Origin: Octopus vulgaris
Lineage: Eukaryota
Direction of reading: 5' to 3'
Assembly: GCA_951406725.2 (NCBI GenBank)
Contig: OX597820.1
Span: 119,846,001 to 119,910,000, forward strand
Length of the DNA stretch: 64,000 bases
Positions 13,937-30,015 of this stretch are shown here, in pieces. The notes below the pieces were generated by a model. The model made no database searches. It was not told where the DNA came from and saw nothing but the letters and a program-made list of their open reading frames with translations. Each line of letters starts with the position of its first letter. Positions within the stretch are counted from its first letter, which is position 1. The position numbers were made by a program, and so were the translations under genes.

Positions 13937-14362
13937 GGATCTTTTCGGTTTTCACGGCAGTTTTTAACATAATTTCTAGGTAACTAAAAAATTTGAAACT
14001 TCGTATAATGGTAGAATGTGTTTATAAAACATCTTTTTCTCTTGGCTTTATTGAGAAAATTCTATTGTTTGTAAGATATTTGTTGTTTTTTTTTCTTCAA
14101 TTTCTGCAATTTCAACCAATCACTGACGTGTATTGAGTTAAAAAACATTCTGTGCCATATGAATATGTCCCTCGTTTAAGAAACAGATTGAGTTTATTTA
14201 CATTTGTGAAGAAAAAAGATACCCTAACCCTAACACTAACCCTAACTAACCCTAACCCTAAAAGAGATTGAAATGCAATAGATCGATACTAGGGTCATAA
14301 TTATGGGTGACAATTTCATATGACACCGCTAGAAAAAACTGCCGTTCAAACCGAAAAGATCT
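13937..14362 (+). mobile_element. Merlin-like MITE with 8-bp TSD and internal (TAACCC)n
   Basis: TIRs ggatcttttcggttttcacggcagttttt and aaaaactgccgttcaaaccgaaaagatct; TSD cgaaaggg on both sides; second copy at 51003. Confidence 0.85.
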
Positions 14363-14935
14363 CGAAAGGGAGTGAGAGAGAGAAAGTGAGTGAGAGGTCG
14401 CTAGACAGACAAGAGAAATAACGTAAACAGAATAGCTATGGCCTAGGATGAAAGTCTATTTTGTTTGTAAACAAACTTACTCTCTGTTATCTTCCCGATG
14501 CTTGAAATATCAGACTAATTATTATCATAGAAGACACACTTATACACACACAAACTCATATGCACATATACGTTTGCCAATATGGTCTTTTAAAAATTAT
14601 TTCGTCTATGAATTTCTATAAAAAAGGCTGGAATAGTCTGAAGATTATGGTATCAAACACTTGCCCAATCGCAAGCGTGCTATGTTCGATATTTGGATTG
14701 ATTAATTGTGGGTACATGTGTACTCTGCTCGGATATGACAGGAAACTGGGAGATATTAATTTCTAGTGGATGTGCTGTACCTTGAAAAACTTTTGAATAT
14801 AACCTCGGGTTAACTTAGATTTCTGAGTGTTAATAAAGGGGTCGAATATCACAAAGCTTAAATTATGGACGCTAAATACACATACACACGCATACACGCA
14901 CACACATACACATATACACATATGTTATATATGTG

Positions 14936-15027
<92 letters not shown>

Positions 15028-18000
15028 AATATATATGTTATATATACGTGTAATATATATACCTTTATGTGCGTACGTGTGTGTGTGTGCATATGTGTGT
15101 GTGTGTCTGTGTATGTGTATTTAGCTTCCATAGTTTAAGCTTTGTCATATTCTACCACTTTAATAAAACTGAGAAATATATATACATATATATATTTATA
15201 TGTATGTATATATACCATATATACCAGTGTGTATATATATAAACTAAATATAAGTAGATATTTATATATATTTATCTGTATATATATGTGTATATATATG
15301 TATATATTCTGTTTATATATATGTACACGTGAATACTTCTTTATATATATATATGTCTGTAAGCGAATTGGTGTGTATGTGTGCGTGTGTTTGTACATGA
15401 GAGCGAGGAATCTATCAATATGTTAATTAATCGCGGAGCCATGAAAATACAATAAACCAAATTCATCGAAAAGAAATATTACAAGCGCAAACAACAAAGT
15501 CAAACACATACAGAATATCATAGAAAAGCAGAGATTAGGTATATCAATATTAAATGCTGAAGTGAACATCAATAACAAGTAATGAGCATAATAAGCGATG
15601 CTGCCGCCGCAATGAACATATCGCAATTTGCTGTATACTTATAATAAATATCAAAAGAACATAAAAGCCGTCGAATGGAAATTGCATTTCTATATTTCTT
15701 GTATGAATAAGAGAAATAAGACGTATTAAAATTAATAAAATGACTAATAGTAGAGCAATAAAGATTATTGTTGAATAAATAATTACCCAGAGTTTTAACC
15801 TCATTTAATGCTTTATTCTCATTACTTTTGATTACTCAGAATCTTCATCAGTCCATTTACCAAACATATTCACTTATTTATTCAGTGCCATTTCCGTGGA
15901 GAATCGAAAAGGGGATATGCGTAAGATTATGCGTCTAAAATATATTGTAAGTATTTGATGTACGCATTCGCACCGTAACAGGCACTGTTAATTAAGAAGG
16001 CCTCCTCCCCATCAGAGGACGTATATCTGAAGACTTTGATATTGTAGTTGGGCACTGAGTTGCGTTATTGAATTCTTCCTTAGTTAAAACAAGCATTTAG
16101 TTTATATTAGTAGATATCTGAAGGCATCACTTGCAGACACTCATTACACATATGCACACACACACATGCATACATCATACATGCATACACACATATATAT
16201 TTGTGTGTCTGTGTGTGTGTTCTTTTGAATGCATATGAATAAGTAAGCATATATGCATGTGTTTCATAGCATGTCCCAAAATGAAACGACTTACCATCTT
16301 TTCTTTTAATATTCTATGTGAATTTACCAGCTTGCATTTTTTCTAGGAAGTGTGTTAAGTTAACATTGAGTAAATTGTCTTCCCGGAAGCTGGAAATGCA
16401 AAAGTATATCAAACAAGTGAAATTCCATTCTTGAAAGATATTTTCTCACAAAGTTACCGTTTCGCATTACGGTTACTTCAAAAAGACAACTTCGTTTGAG
16501 AAAAATCTTTATTGAACAAGAATCCAAATTCTCAAGACTCCCTACACATGTAGCTTCCGTCATGTAGCACATGCTTACACACACACACACACTGACACGA
16601 ATGTACATTCATAAACTAGCACACATATATACGCATACATACGTATAAACATACACATAGCATATAAGCATATCTGCGCTAACACGTTTATACATATAAC
16701 TGTACACACACACACTCAAACCCACACACACCACACACATCCACATACATACAAACCGACACATATACTCAATGACGTATAGATCAGGTGTCATCTTCAA
16801 TCCTTTACTGCCGATAGTGAATTAACCCCCTTACCTATATTCTCTGATGCGTGTCAACTTGACACAGAGAAAATTAAATGACCAGAAGTGATAAATCTAA
16901 AAAAAATATCAAACAAATCTATTCTCTCATTTCATCCTTTCATACGCAGTCCAGTAAAATATAAAAAGTAACTAAGTAACAGATTATGATATCACTGATA
17001 TAACATTTTGATTTTATATTTTCGTAAAAAATATTTACAATCCATTTGTAATTTGAATTTGAGGTAAAAATTCGGAAATCAGTTACTTATCTATCGAAAG
17101 TGTTAATCTTCAACTTTTTGAATCCACATTTCAATTCAAGCGTTTAGTGCACACAGTTGTTATTAAGAGCTTCTGAGACAATGACTATTTTGAAAGCTAT
17201 AAGAACTGCTTTCGTGGCCTAATAATCTCAGTAGATATTCTGTAAATGAATTTATATTCTGTATAGGGGTGTATGATAGTAGTATAGTCATAGAATCTAC
17301 GTGAAAGCCTGGTTAGTTTATACTGCAAGGAAGATTTTTAAAAAATGGGGAATCACGCTTCAATGCTAACGAAATCTCGAGTTATATCAAAGAACTGAGT
17401 TATTTTAAAACATAGATAATATTTGGCGAAGCTTATATGGTCTACGCATAAGGAATCGATTGGTAGAACAACAGAATTTAGATGGGTGTCTGCAGAAATT
17501 CAAGATCTCCGTTTTGCGGATGAATGCAAATTTGTTTTGGAATAATATAAATTAGGTTTCACTTAAACACAACGGAAAACTCATAGAATTTCTCCACAAA
17601 CCATATCTGGAAGAGTTGCTTTGTCAAAAATAGAGCAATATATATTAAATTAGACAGAGCAATCTTCTTTTAATTGCCTTACGTGCATAGCTAGGCTCGT
17701 AGCCAACGTCTCAGGATATTTTAAAGAATATCCGTGTGGGTGAAGTTATGTTTTGAAGCTGTCTCCTATGTCAATCGTATAGGTATTGTCATTCTCTAAC
17801 TTAGTTCTATATAAAACGCCTTTAATTAGACAATTACTTTTCAAAGGGCAACTTCCAGGGACTTTGAATTACACTTAGGTTTGTCAACAGTTGCGTTAAT
17901 TTTATTGATAATATTGATATTGTGCAAGTTGATAAAGCATGACCAGCTAGGTCCTCAGTCGAAGATTCTGTGATGTTTAATGGTCATTTGGAAAATGTCT

Positions 18001-18681
18001 CGATACTAAGTTTTAAGATCTTCTGCATACATTAGTTCTAACGCCAGTGCTAAATGCTGGATTATACCACAAAAATATTCTATTTGTAGCTTCGCGAACC
18101 CTTCTGGGACTATTTCCACTAGCAACATAGTGAATCTTCTCTGAGAATCTGCTATTACTTGGTGCATCATTATAATATGGCGAGGCATCTATAGAGTCTG
18201 TCCCGTCCCATGAAAAAGAGAAAGTAGACTTACCTATATTGGTAACGATATTTATAAGAATAGAGCGCGTGTGATTTGACTATTTGGTGATACAAAATAG
18301 CATTTCATTAGATATGCCTCATGGCGTAAAGTTTTTAGATCACAAATCGAAATTGATATCGAAACAGCTAACTCTACAGGTTCGTGTCAACTGTAATTGT
18401 TAAGTCCCTCTTTGGAAGAATCCAATAAGACCCTTCCTAAGCCTTTCGAGCTCACGTCCATTCAGATAACGGGTGACCATGAGGACATAACCCTTGTACA
18501 AACTTTGATTTAAATAAGGAAATTCTATAATTTATGCAGATGGTGCAAAATATTCACATGCACACAAGTATGAGCATAACCAATGTCGTCTCTCAGTAAG
18601 ATCCCATCGCCGCACAGAACAAAGCTGCCCCTTACATGTGGTTGTATATATTTCTATATATCCGAGGTTGCTTATGTAGAA

Positions 18682-19384
<703 letters not shown>

Positions 19385-20960
19385 TTGCCGGAGCACGATC
19401 CGTCGACCGTGCTTCTGCTTTTACTCCCCGCACCCTCCCCACAGTTGCCCGTCTCCCGTTTCCCCTCACCTACCACCCCTCCACCCTGCTCCTCCAAAGC
19501 AACATTCTCCCAGCCTCCGGCGACTACAGTCCAAACCTCAACTCGCACATCTTCCCCAACCTACCCCTTCCTTCCTTCAAAGAGCCCACAGCCTGCGTGA
19601 CCTTGTCCAGCTTGGCTCGTTCTCCTGCACTTGCCTACGCTGCCGTACTTTCCCCTACCTCTCCATCACTATCCTCCTTACAGGTACCCATCATCGTCCC
19701 TACAGCATCACCGATTCCTTTACCTGCACGTCTAACAACGTAATTTACTGCATCTCCTTCTCTTTCTGCCCTTCTGTTTACAACGGTCAAACGGGACGCC
19801 GCTTGGTTGACCGGTTCCTGGAACATCTCCAAGACACCGGTCTCGCGCTATTTCCGCTCTGCTTGTCATTCACCACAACAATCTGTGTTCGGATTGTCTT
19901 CGTGGTGAACTGGAATTAATCTTCTCTCTTCTCACCTTTGCGCCACATGGGCTCTACTTCCCTACCCTCTTCATCTAACTCTCCCCTCCTCTCTTCATCT
20001 GACACTTACTTCCTCTTTTCACCTGACATCTACTTCCTTTCTTCATACCTAGCCACCTCTTCTCTTCCTTCATACCCCCGCCCCTAAAAACACCCTAACC
20101 TGTCCCACACCATAACCCACACCGCACCAACCCACACCACCCTACACCACTCCACACACACACTAGGACTGACCACTTCCCTGCACCCACACCACACACC
20201 ATCATCCACACACTCACACATCTTCAACGGCACACCCACACGCAATCTTCAATAGCGTCACCACACATACCACTATATGAGCACTCACACGTTACAGACG
20301 CACGCATCTTTACACGCACACGCACACGCCAGGGCTCGTTAAAGACGTGCCAAAGTCACTGAACTACTATCCACCTCCTCTCTCCCTTGTTACCCACCCC
20401 ATAACCCATACCGACACTCCACAGCACCCCACATCACTCAACCCACACTAATCATGACCACTTCCCAGCACCATAACTATCATCCACACACTCACATCGA
20501 CACACAATCCTCATTAACATCACCACGCATACCACGATGTGACCAACCACACTTTACAGATGCACACACTTACACAAACACATACACACACACTCACACA
20601 CTCACACACTCAGACTTGTGAAAGACTTTAGAAAGTCACTGGCTCCTATTCACACAGACTTACAAATTCATACACACCATTCTCATATACACACGCATGC
20701 ACGAGCACTTTCCCTTGGGGGTCATTGTCACTTTATTATCTCCCTTTCTTCCAACCTCTTCTTTTAAACTCCATTTTCTAATCAGTCGCCATATATGACC
20801 GCTAAATGTACAATTTATTTTTTCATTCTCACATTTTTTACTCTTATTACCTTCTGCTGAAGAGCGTGGGCTCGAAATATGAAAGGCTTTTTCGTTTTTC
20901 ATTTTTCCAAGCGTCACACTAATACACCTGTCTTCGTCTTATTTTTCTATAAATCTCCTC
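19385..20960 (+). mobile_element. Penelope-like retroelement 3' part (RT linker, GIY-YIG endonuclease, pLTR), degenerate
   Basis: Translates to RLPFPLTYHP...HIFPNLPLPSFK, then SFTCTSNNVIYCISFSFCPSVYNGQTGRRLVDRFLEHLQD (GIY-YIG-type). Hammerhead-like ctgctgaagagcgtgggctcgaaa at ~20854. Confidence 0.85.
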
Positions 20961-20964
20961 TATA

Positions 20965-21009
20965 TGTCTATCCATCTATCTATCTATCTAGCTATCTATC
21001 TATCTATCT

Positions 21010-21085
<76 letters not shown>

Positions 21086-21112
21086 ATATCTATCTGTATA
21101 TCTACCTATCTA
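20965..21112. repeat. (TATC)n microsatellite
   Basis: Seen directly. Confidence 0.95.
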
Positions 21113-21144
21113 TTTCTGGATATATAATGTAAATAATGAATTAA

Positions 21145-21189
<45 letters not shown>

Positions 21190-21234
21190 TATATGCAAAT
21201 ATATACATACGTATACGTACACATTTACATCTAT

Positions 21235-21294
<60 letters not shown>

Positions 21295-21297
<3 letters not shown>

Positions 21298-21480
21298 ATT
21301 ATATAGAAGGAGTTCTACAGGACTAGTACTGTTTCATTCAAGAGAAATCTCTTGAAGAGATTTCTCTTGAATGAAACAGTACTAGTCCTGTACTCCTTCT
21401 ATATAATAAATTAATTTTACTCTGCTATGTATTGAGTACCTTACTTACTGTGGTTAACCCCGAATCAACCCGGGACCAAC
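21295..21480. mobile_element. palindromic PLE-type hammerhead module inside (TA)n
   Basis: tagaaggag..tacaggactagtactgtttcattcaagagaaatctc is mirrored by gagatttctcttgaatgaaacagtactagtcctgta..ctccttcta. Confidence 0.7.
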
Positions 21481-21507
21481 ATATATATATATATATATAT
21501 ATATATT

Positions 21508-21921
21508 CTCTTTTTACTCTATTACTTGTTTCAGTCATTTGACTGCGGCCATGCTGGAGCACCGCCTTTAGTCGAGCAAATCGACCCTGGGACTTATTCT
21601 TTGTAAGCCCAGTACTTATTATATCGGTCTCTTTTGCCGAACCGCTATGTGAAAGGGACGTAAACACACCAGCATCGGTTGTCAAGCAATGCTAGAGGGA
21701 CAAACACAGACACACAAACATATACATACACATACATATATATATATATACATATATACGACAGGCTTCTTTCAGTTTCCGTCTACCAAATCCATTCACA
21801 AGGCATTGGTCGGCCCGGTGCTATAGCAGAAGACATCTGCCCAAGATGCCACGCAGTGGGACTGAACCCAGAACCATGTGGTTGGTTAGCAAGCTACTTA
21901 CCACACAGCCACTCCTGCGCC
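21508..21921 (-). mobile_element. SINE family A, full length
   Basis: Reverse complement of family A, ending ...cactcctgcgcc. Confidence 0.9.
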
Positions 21922-21944
21922 TATATATATATATATATATATAT

Positions 21945-22060
21945 ATTTTATAGAAGGAGCTTCTACAGGACTAGAACTGTTTCATTCAAAAGAAATCATC
22001 AGGAATATATGTATTGAGTACCTTATTTACTGTGGTTAACCCCGACTCAACCCGGACCTA
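21945..22060 (-). mobile_element. second copy of the 21295 module with an intact hammerhead core
   Basis: Minus strand CTGATGA tttc tttt gaat GAAAC agttcta GTC. Shares gtattgagtacctta.ttactgtggttaaccccga with 21429. Confidence 0.7.
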
Positions 22061-22066
22061 CATATA

Positions 22067-22136
<70 letters not shown>

Positions 22137-22142
22137 GCATAT

Positions 22143-22452
22143 GTGGGTACAGGACGTCACGAACAATGTACAACAAAAAGAAAATGCGAAGCACGAGTAC
22201 TTGGAACATGAACTATTCTTTCGAACAACGAAATACACAAATGAAAAAGAATACAAATCACATAAATAACGACCCTTCATCAGTTGTTGGCTGTTGCTCT
22301 AGTCTCGTATTTCGAGCATTTAACAACAATATACGCTTTTTTTGGAATTTTGATAACACGTACAGGACAGTGAAAACAAACAGGAAGAGCTGCTGAGCCT
22401 AAACATGATTGTGGTGGCGAACGCGTGTGTCAAGCTGGGACAGGAAACATCT
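22143..22452 (-). mobile_element. probable PLE-type module inside (TA)n
   Basis: Unique ~300-bp insert flanked by (TA)n; the minus strand contains aactgatgaaggg and ctcgaaatac. Confidence 0.45.
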
Positions 22453-22511
<59 letters not shown>

Positions 22512-22515
22512 TTTA

Positions 22516-22563
<48 letters not shown>

Positions 22564-24175
22564 AGCACACAAACACACACACTAACACAAATAAATACAC
22601 ACATGTATGTATGTATATATTAGCATATGTACATTGAACTAATAATTATGGATCTGTTTTCTCCATGTTTGAAGTGCACTTCGAAAAATCTTCCGTAAAT
22701 GATTTTCCTCAGAATAAAATTGAATTTGAATTAGTTGTGGTGGTGTAAAAGTGAGTATACTGACACAATTCATGTCTATTGTAGGCACATACCTGTAATT
22801 CTGTAGGGAGTGCTAGCACAGATTCTGATGTTGTTTCTCGCCATGGACGATGCCAAGATTACGAATATCTGCGGACTACCCAGGTTCTTCATTCAATAAA
22901 TATATATATATATCAGTTGATGCAACTGGAACACTGAATGACGGAACTGATACGACATACATTTACATGATTTATTAATATATATATATATATATTCGTA
23001 TATATGTATCCACGTGTTTGTGCGCTTATGCATTTACATTTTCGTGTATATATGTGCGTAGGTATACATGCATGCACGCACATGCGTACACACGCACACA
23101 AACACAAACACACACACATATAAAATGCATGAGTTATTACCTTGTATAGGGATTATTATATTGCGCAAGAGATTTGTACGTTGAAGTTTCTTTCTCTGAT
23201 TCACTTCAATATATGCTTGCCTAAGTCTACATTAATCATATTGATCTTCTTCTTGAACTTATGACGTAGCGAAATTAATATCAGCCACAGTATGACACTG
23301 CAACGATCAGTCTGAATTCCAATGACATTTTACCGAATAGTTTGGATTATACGATCATACATCTCATAATTCTTTTACGGAGATCGTTTTTGTATCTAGA
23401 ATTGCGGCTGTTCTCTACATTACTAATCATATGTCTCAAAGATGGAATTATCAATACGTCACTTTCTTTTCCTTCTAGAGAATATAGACATATTTTCTGA
23501 TAGATAAAACATTGCGTTACAGGAAATCTCTATTGAACTTAACCACTTCAAAATAAGTTACGTATAAAAGTTGATATATATTGAAAGCATGGTAGTCTGT
23601 TATGAATTCAAACGTATATTTGATGGACAACAAGATCTTGTATAGTTTATATCGATCTACCTTTTCTCCTACAGCATAAAAATGAATGGATATATATAAA
23701 ATTCGAATAACTGGGCATCTTAGGAACGTCAAAAGTCGACATCATGCACTCTATAATTGTTCTCACTCAGCCTAATCATTTCCAAAATACTTCAACGTAG
23801 GTGTGTCAAGGAACTTTGGATACAAAAGGACAGAGTTTTACCCTCCATGGCAATAAGAGCCTGTGATTGCAGCACCCTCCATGAACGCTACATGAGTCTG
23901 TTGCAGGGTTAAATTCCAAGATAATGTTGGAATTCATTTAATGTCGGTGCACTCTATACACGCTGTATGAATGAAATTTCTCTCAGAATATTTCTGTAAT
24001 ATTTGGCGCAGTCAACTTACTAACTCAGTGTACTTCTCCGCTATTTTAAGTACAACTGCCACATGCTATTTCTTATCAGATAACACAAATTACATTTTTC
24101 ATTAAAAAAAAACACTGTACGCGATTAATTTAGTATCTTGATAACATATATTTTGCATAAATAATACCATTTCAA

Positions 24176-24385
24176 GGCGGTGAACTGGAAGAAACGTTAG
24201 CACGCCGAAATGCTTAGCGATAGTTCGTCTGTCTTTATGTTCTGAGTTCAAATTCCACCGAGGTCGACTTTGCCTTTCATCTTTTCGGAGTCGATAGATT
24301 AACTTCCATTTTCGTACTGGGGTCGATCTAATCGACAAGTCCCCTTCCCCAAAATTTCGGGCTTTGTGCTTAGAGTAAAAAAAAA
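24176..24385 (+). mobile_element. SINE family C (Nin/Deu-like domain)
   Basis: ggcggtgaactggaagaaacgttagcac...gagttcaaattcc...actttgcctttcatcttttcggagtcgata. Confidence 0.8.
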
Positions 24386-26137
24386 TAAACACTACCATTG
24401 CACTGTATAGCGGTCATTCCCCAGTTAAGCCATTGTATTTCAGTATATTCACATTTTCATGCAGCCGCTCTATTTTCAATGCATATGATATCTGAGAGGC
24501 ACTGTGAGATGACGGTAACATAATAAAGGGAGCTGATGGAAACTGTATAACAATAATGTATTAAAGTATGACATAAAACATAGGCGTAAAGAGCAATGAC
24601 TCATTAGTCCCGGATATTCTTCGAGTCGTGACAAAGCGTCAAACGTGGACAAAACATTCTGCATAAATATAATAAACAAATGACTAAATGCCTAAATAGT
24701 TGATCAGCAATACGAGAAGCATTGCTAAGGAAAATATCGCATCATTGGCAAATTAGAGAGGAGAAGGTACACTTCCTACAATAAAAGCTCCTATTTTTTT
24801 CACTGCTTTCATCTATTATTAAATACAACATACAAAATTTATGAACATATATCTAATCATTGATAATGAAATATTCTAGAAAAATTAAAACCTATTTAGA
24901 ACATATGTTATGTATTTTCTCTATGATGGTGGGAACTGAATATTATATTAAGTTAGTACAGATGTACGTTCATGTGGAGACAAGGAACTTCTTTCTTTGA
25001 AATTAAAAGGGTGAGTATGTAAGAAAAAGTGAAGGAAAGTGTAATTACAACCATGAGTAAAGGTGGTGATACAACGCTAGTTTAATTGATAAAGTAACAT
25101 ATGCATTCCATAGGTGTGGTTAAGGAAGAAAAGTTCAGTGAGATGAAACTGATAAAAAAAAAATATAGCTAGTTTGAAGTGTTAATTAAAATGAAAATGA
25201 AGAAAATGTTTTGGCTTAAGGTGTGTCTGAGTAAGTGTAACGTACGTAAGCAATGATAATACGCATAACTGCCTGCGGAATGAAGAAAAGTAAAATATAT
25301 ATTTTAAACTCTCCGAGAGAATTATACTAAAAGGATTGTAACAAAAACAAATTGATAAAACGGGAAGACATGAAAGGAAACTCGTTCATAAACTCAGAAG
25401 ATATAAGTATAAGTAACAAAGGTGTATTTGCCTGTGCGAGGAACGATAGTTTAATGTGAAAACACAAGCCGAGCCTTCCTTTGTAAATTAATTTGATTAA
25501 CTGGGGTCCGATTCACGCTAACTTCATAGATATTAATTGTAACTAGCTTTTTAAAATCTTCATACTTTTCAGTCATCACATCTTAAATATTATAAAATGT
25601 AACCACGAATAAACAGCCACGAATTTCGGTCATATTCGTTTGATAAAATAGACGTATTATATATCAAACTCCTCAAAATATCAACAAATTATTTTTCCCA
25701 TTGAAAATTGTCGCGAAAAAAAAAATTAGAGAAGATAGAAAATAAAAAAAATGTGGAAGCTAAAGCAGCAAAATAATCCCAGGATATAATTAAATAAAAT
25801 AATCACTGTCCTTTCAGCTAAAGATGTTGCTAAAATTGATGTTGTATAGCAATTTCGGAAATTCATGGCAAATTACACCATTGTTCACGTCAGCAATTTT
25901 TCTTATCTTTTTACTTGGTTTATGACAGTTTGTTTTTGTTGCATCTTTGCCTTTCCGTTGTTCTTTCTTTTAAGTTTTATATCATCAGTGAGGAGGATAA
26001 GATGATGGTGGTCATGATGATGATGATGATGATGATGCTTGTTTACATCTTCTTAGGACAAATAAGCATTTCTATGTCTCTTTTTCTCTAACTCCTTACC
26101 ATTTCACTTGTTTCAAGTTTTTTCCTAATATGTGTAT

Positions 26138-26208
<71 letters not shown>

Positions 26209-26560
26209 GAGAGAGAGAGAGAAGGCGTGAGAAAGATATAGAGATAGATAAGAGATAGATATGTGTTTGTGTATGTGTGTGTGTGTGAGAGAGAGTTGAT
26301 GTATATATTATCTATATAATTATTTCATATATGTATATAATATATATATATGTATGTATATGTTTATCACTACATATATATATATATACACTACTAATAC
26401 TACTACTACTACAATCTGATTCAGTGTTGTAAAACTAGCTGTTTTATCTATCTATCTATCTATCTATCTATAAATATAAATGTCTATATATGTATATATA
26501 TGTATATATATATATATGTATACATACATACACACACACGCACGTACACACACACACACA

Positions 26561-26611
<51 letters not shown>

Positions 26612-27109
26612 TATAGCCATCTGCGTGTATTTATGTATATCTTTATGAAATGTATTTGTATGCATATTTTTGGTATTTTTTTTGTCCCTGGCATTCTTTA
26701 TCAATCTCTAAAATTACTTCCCGAAATTACATTCATTACTCCATTACGATTCATTATTCTCTGCTATGTTTACATTTACCAATATTTTTTCTGGCATCGT
26801 AATATATGATTTGCAGTTTAACCCTTAACTTACAATAATTTCGCTTATTTTCCCTCCGTGATTCTTTCTCTTTCTCTCTTCCGGTTTTACTTGATCTATT
26901 TTTTTTTCTTTTATATTTTCTGTCTTCTTAATTTGTTTGTCTTTCTTCTCTGTAATTATTTATCACTCTTATATATTTAGGTATTATATAAATCTTTTAT
27001 TTCTACGTCTGTGTCTCCCGTTCGTTTGTAATTTGTCTGAGCGGAATTATCGTTCAGGGCCTACGGGGATAACAGTTTTGTGCAGAAGCTTTTAAGACTG
27101 GAACGCAGG

Positions 27110-27143
27110 ATAATAACAACAACAACAGCAATAGTAATAACAA

Positions 27144-27175
<32 letters not shown>

Positions 27176-27196
27176 ATAATAATGATAATAATAATG

Positions 27197-27287
<91 letters not shown>

Positions 27288-27298
27288 TAATAATGATA

Positions 27299-27342
<44 letters not shown>

Positions 27343-27371
27343 TAATAATAATGATAATAATAATAATAATG

Positions 27372-27402
<31 letters not shown>

Positions 27403-27415
27403 CAACAACAGCAAA

Positions 27416-27447
<32 letters not shown>

Positions 27448-27502
27448 TAATAATAATGATAATAATAATAATAATAGTAATAATAATAATAATTATAATA
27501 AT
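27110..27502. repeat. (TAA)n microsatellite
   Basis: Seen directly. Confidence 0.95.
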
Positions 27503-27779
27503 ATGATGTTGAAGATGTTGGTAATGATTCCTTTATTAAGTGCTAAGTGTTTACAAACATATCCAGGACGATAGAGAATAATTCAATTCAATATATGATG
27601 CTGGGTTTCTTGAAGGCGTGAAAACAGTAAAAATAGCGTAAACAAGCAAGCAAAAAAAAACAAACAAGAAAAAAATTCACTCAAAGGATTTGAGACGTTC
27701 GACGGTTTCTCCATAGAAATCCCACAGAATGAGATTCGCCTTAAATTCTAGAATATAGAAATCCTTCGCAACTTATTCC

Positions 27780-28000
27780 CTCAAACTATCGCTGCCTGCT
27801 CAGAATCGACCCCTTTGCTTGGTTAATCCTTGCCATTCTCACAGATTTGCATCGAAGGAAACATCCGTTTTCATCCTCATTTTTCTTTTCAAGTGAAACG
27901 TTTAAAAATTGATGAGCTGCAACAGGCTGTTCCCATAAACGTCCATCACGGTCTCCATATCGCGGTTTTGTCTGTTTCAAGCAAGGTTCCTTGTTTTTCA
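27780..28000 (-). mobile_element. degenerate Tx1/L1-like 3' fragment
   Basis: Minus strand ctcatcaatttttaaacgtttcacttgaaaagaaaaatgaggatg resembles ctcgtcaactttttcaagtaccacttggaaaggaaggtgagaatg at ~52926. Confidence 0.5.
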
Positions 28001-28728
28001 GAGAGTCCCTAGACCTACGGACTTGATTGCTTTACCATTCCAGGCTTCTAATTATTTCCACCTCCCTTTTGTCATTATGTTATATTTGTTATTCCTGCTG
28101 CTGCTGTTTGTGTTGTACGTCTTGCAGCTGATACTGCTATTGTTGTTGCTGTTTGTTTGTTTGTTGAGCGAAGCGGTCTTTGTCCCAGTGGGAGGAGTCC
28201 GAAACGTGGTCCTTTGCTATTCGTAAGACCCGCAGAAGAGAAAGCAGGTCAACCCCCGACACCGAGAGCATTGACGAATGGATGAATGCGCATCCAGGCT
28301 CAGCAGTTGCGTAGGAAGTCGGGGTGGGGGTGGGGGGCTGTTGCTGTTCTTCCCACAGTCACTTTTATTTTCTGCTTATTTCCGTTGTTCTTATTGTTTT
28401 TGTTGTTATTTTGTCGGGATTTGTTTTTGTCCATCTTAATGTGAAATGTCTTAACGCTATTCTTGCTTTCATTCTCCATCTTATTGTTATCTTTTGCTGT
28501 TCTTCTTGTTGGTGTTGCTCCTGCACTTATTAATGTTAATGTTGTTTTTCATGCTGATGTTTTCGCAGTTGTTTCTCCTGGGTTCGTCTTGATTGAAGGA
28601 GACTTTAGAACACTCGGTTTTTGGGCATCACTGTGCCTCCTCACTCTAAACTAACATGGATTAATGACTATAACAAAAGTCTGTCTTTTGATTACAAATT
28701 TATCAAAATATTTTCTGATACTGCTATA

Positions 28729-29514
28729 CAACGTGGTTTCAAAAGGTACCGGGAGTCGTTCTGTGGCGCGCCAGCAAGTAGCAGCATGCCCACTGTGTGC
28801 CAGTAGTCATCTTCATGACGTTCATGAAGCAGGGTCCGAGTGACATTGCTGTGTTTACTTCGAACGTTGTGAAATTTGTTTTTGTGAACACGTGTATGCT
28901 GTAGTCTACGATTTTGCTATGGACAAGAACATAAAGCCAACGTAAAATTTTGCGTTAAACTTGGGACGTCTGCTACAGAGACATTGAGCATGCTTCGGTA
29001 AGCTTACAGCAGCGCGCTAATGAGTCGTACGCAATGTTTCGTTTAGCACGGACGCTTCAAAAGCGAAAAAACTTCCCCGGGATAAGATGAGCGGAAATGT
29101 GGAATAGTGCATCGAGATTTCGCTCCTGAGGACCAAACCGTCGATCGACAGTTCTACTATGATCTTTTGAAGGGTTTGTGGAAGGAAATCCGGTGTAAGC
29201 GACCGAATCTGTGGAGCGCGAAGAATTAGGTTCTTCACCGAGCTCTCATCATTCGTGATTTTCACGCCAAGTTTCTTCCGCACCAGCCCTATTCGCCAGA
29301 TTTAGCACCTGAGGGGGCCGTTTCAACACCATTGTCGAGAGCCATAGCTTACAGAAAACAAATTCCAGGCCAGATTCCAAAAGTGGCAGGAACACTGGAA
29401 CCAGTGTATTGCTGCCCAAGATAACTATTTCGAAGGGGGAAAATATTAAATTTTAGGTAAATAAACTATCTTTTATTAAACATAACTAATCTGGGAACAC
29501 CTGATACCACCTTG
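28729..29514 (+). mobile_element. internally deleted mariner transposon
   Basis: Remnants ANVKFCVKLGTSATETLSML, PYSPDLAP and FQKWQEHWNQCIAAQDNYFEG. TA-flanked degenerate TIRs (ta-caacgtggtttc / gataccaccttg-ta). Confidence 0.85.
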
Positions 29515-29691
29515 TATCTGCAAGAGAACAATAATTTCATAGGGTGCACAGTTAGAATCAAACGATGACCTGCATATATACTCTTGGTATGCTATGCAAA
29601 TTTCGAATATGCTAATGGCTGTTGTGTTTGTCATTGGGGAAGGTCTGCTTGCACGGGAGTGTGTGTTCATAACGCTTGCTGCGTATGTGTA

Positions 29692-29893
29692 TCTTTCACT
29701 TGTTTCGGTAATTTGACTGTGGCCCTGTTGGGGTACCGCGTGGAATTACTTTTTAGTCGAATGAATCAACACAAATACTTACGTTTTGTTAAGCCTAGTA
29801 CTTATTCCACCAAACTCTGTTGCCGAATAGGTAGGTTACGGGAACGTAAACACACCAATAACGGTTATAAAGTGGTACTGGGTGACAAACACA
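29692..29893 (-). mobile_element. old SINE family A 3' fragment
   Basis: Degenerate tttcacttgtttcggtaatttgactgtggcc...cctagtacttattc...tgccgaa. Confidence 0.65.
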
Positions 29894-29947
29894 TATAAAC
29901 CCTCACAGATATATGTATGTATATACGCATGTATATATAAATGTATA

Positions 29948-30007
<60 letters not shown>

Positions 30008-30015
<8 letters not shown>

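Noticed and set aside
14221-14260. Chromosome end or telomere fusion
   Set aside because: The telomere-like tract lies inside a TIR/TSD-bounded MITE.
24962-25016. Possible small exon ending in a gtgagt donor
   Set aside because: Poor polypyrimidine tract and no recognisable protein; such motifs are expected by chance.
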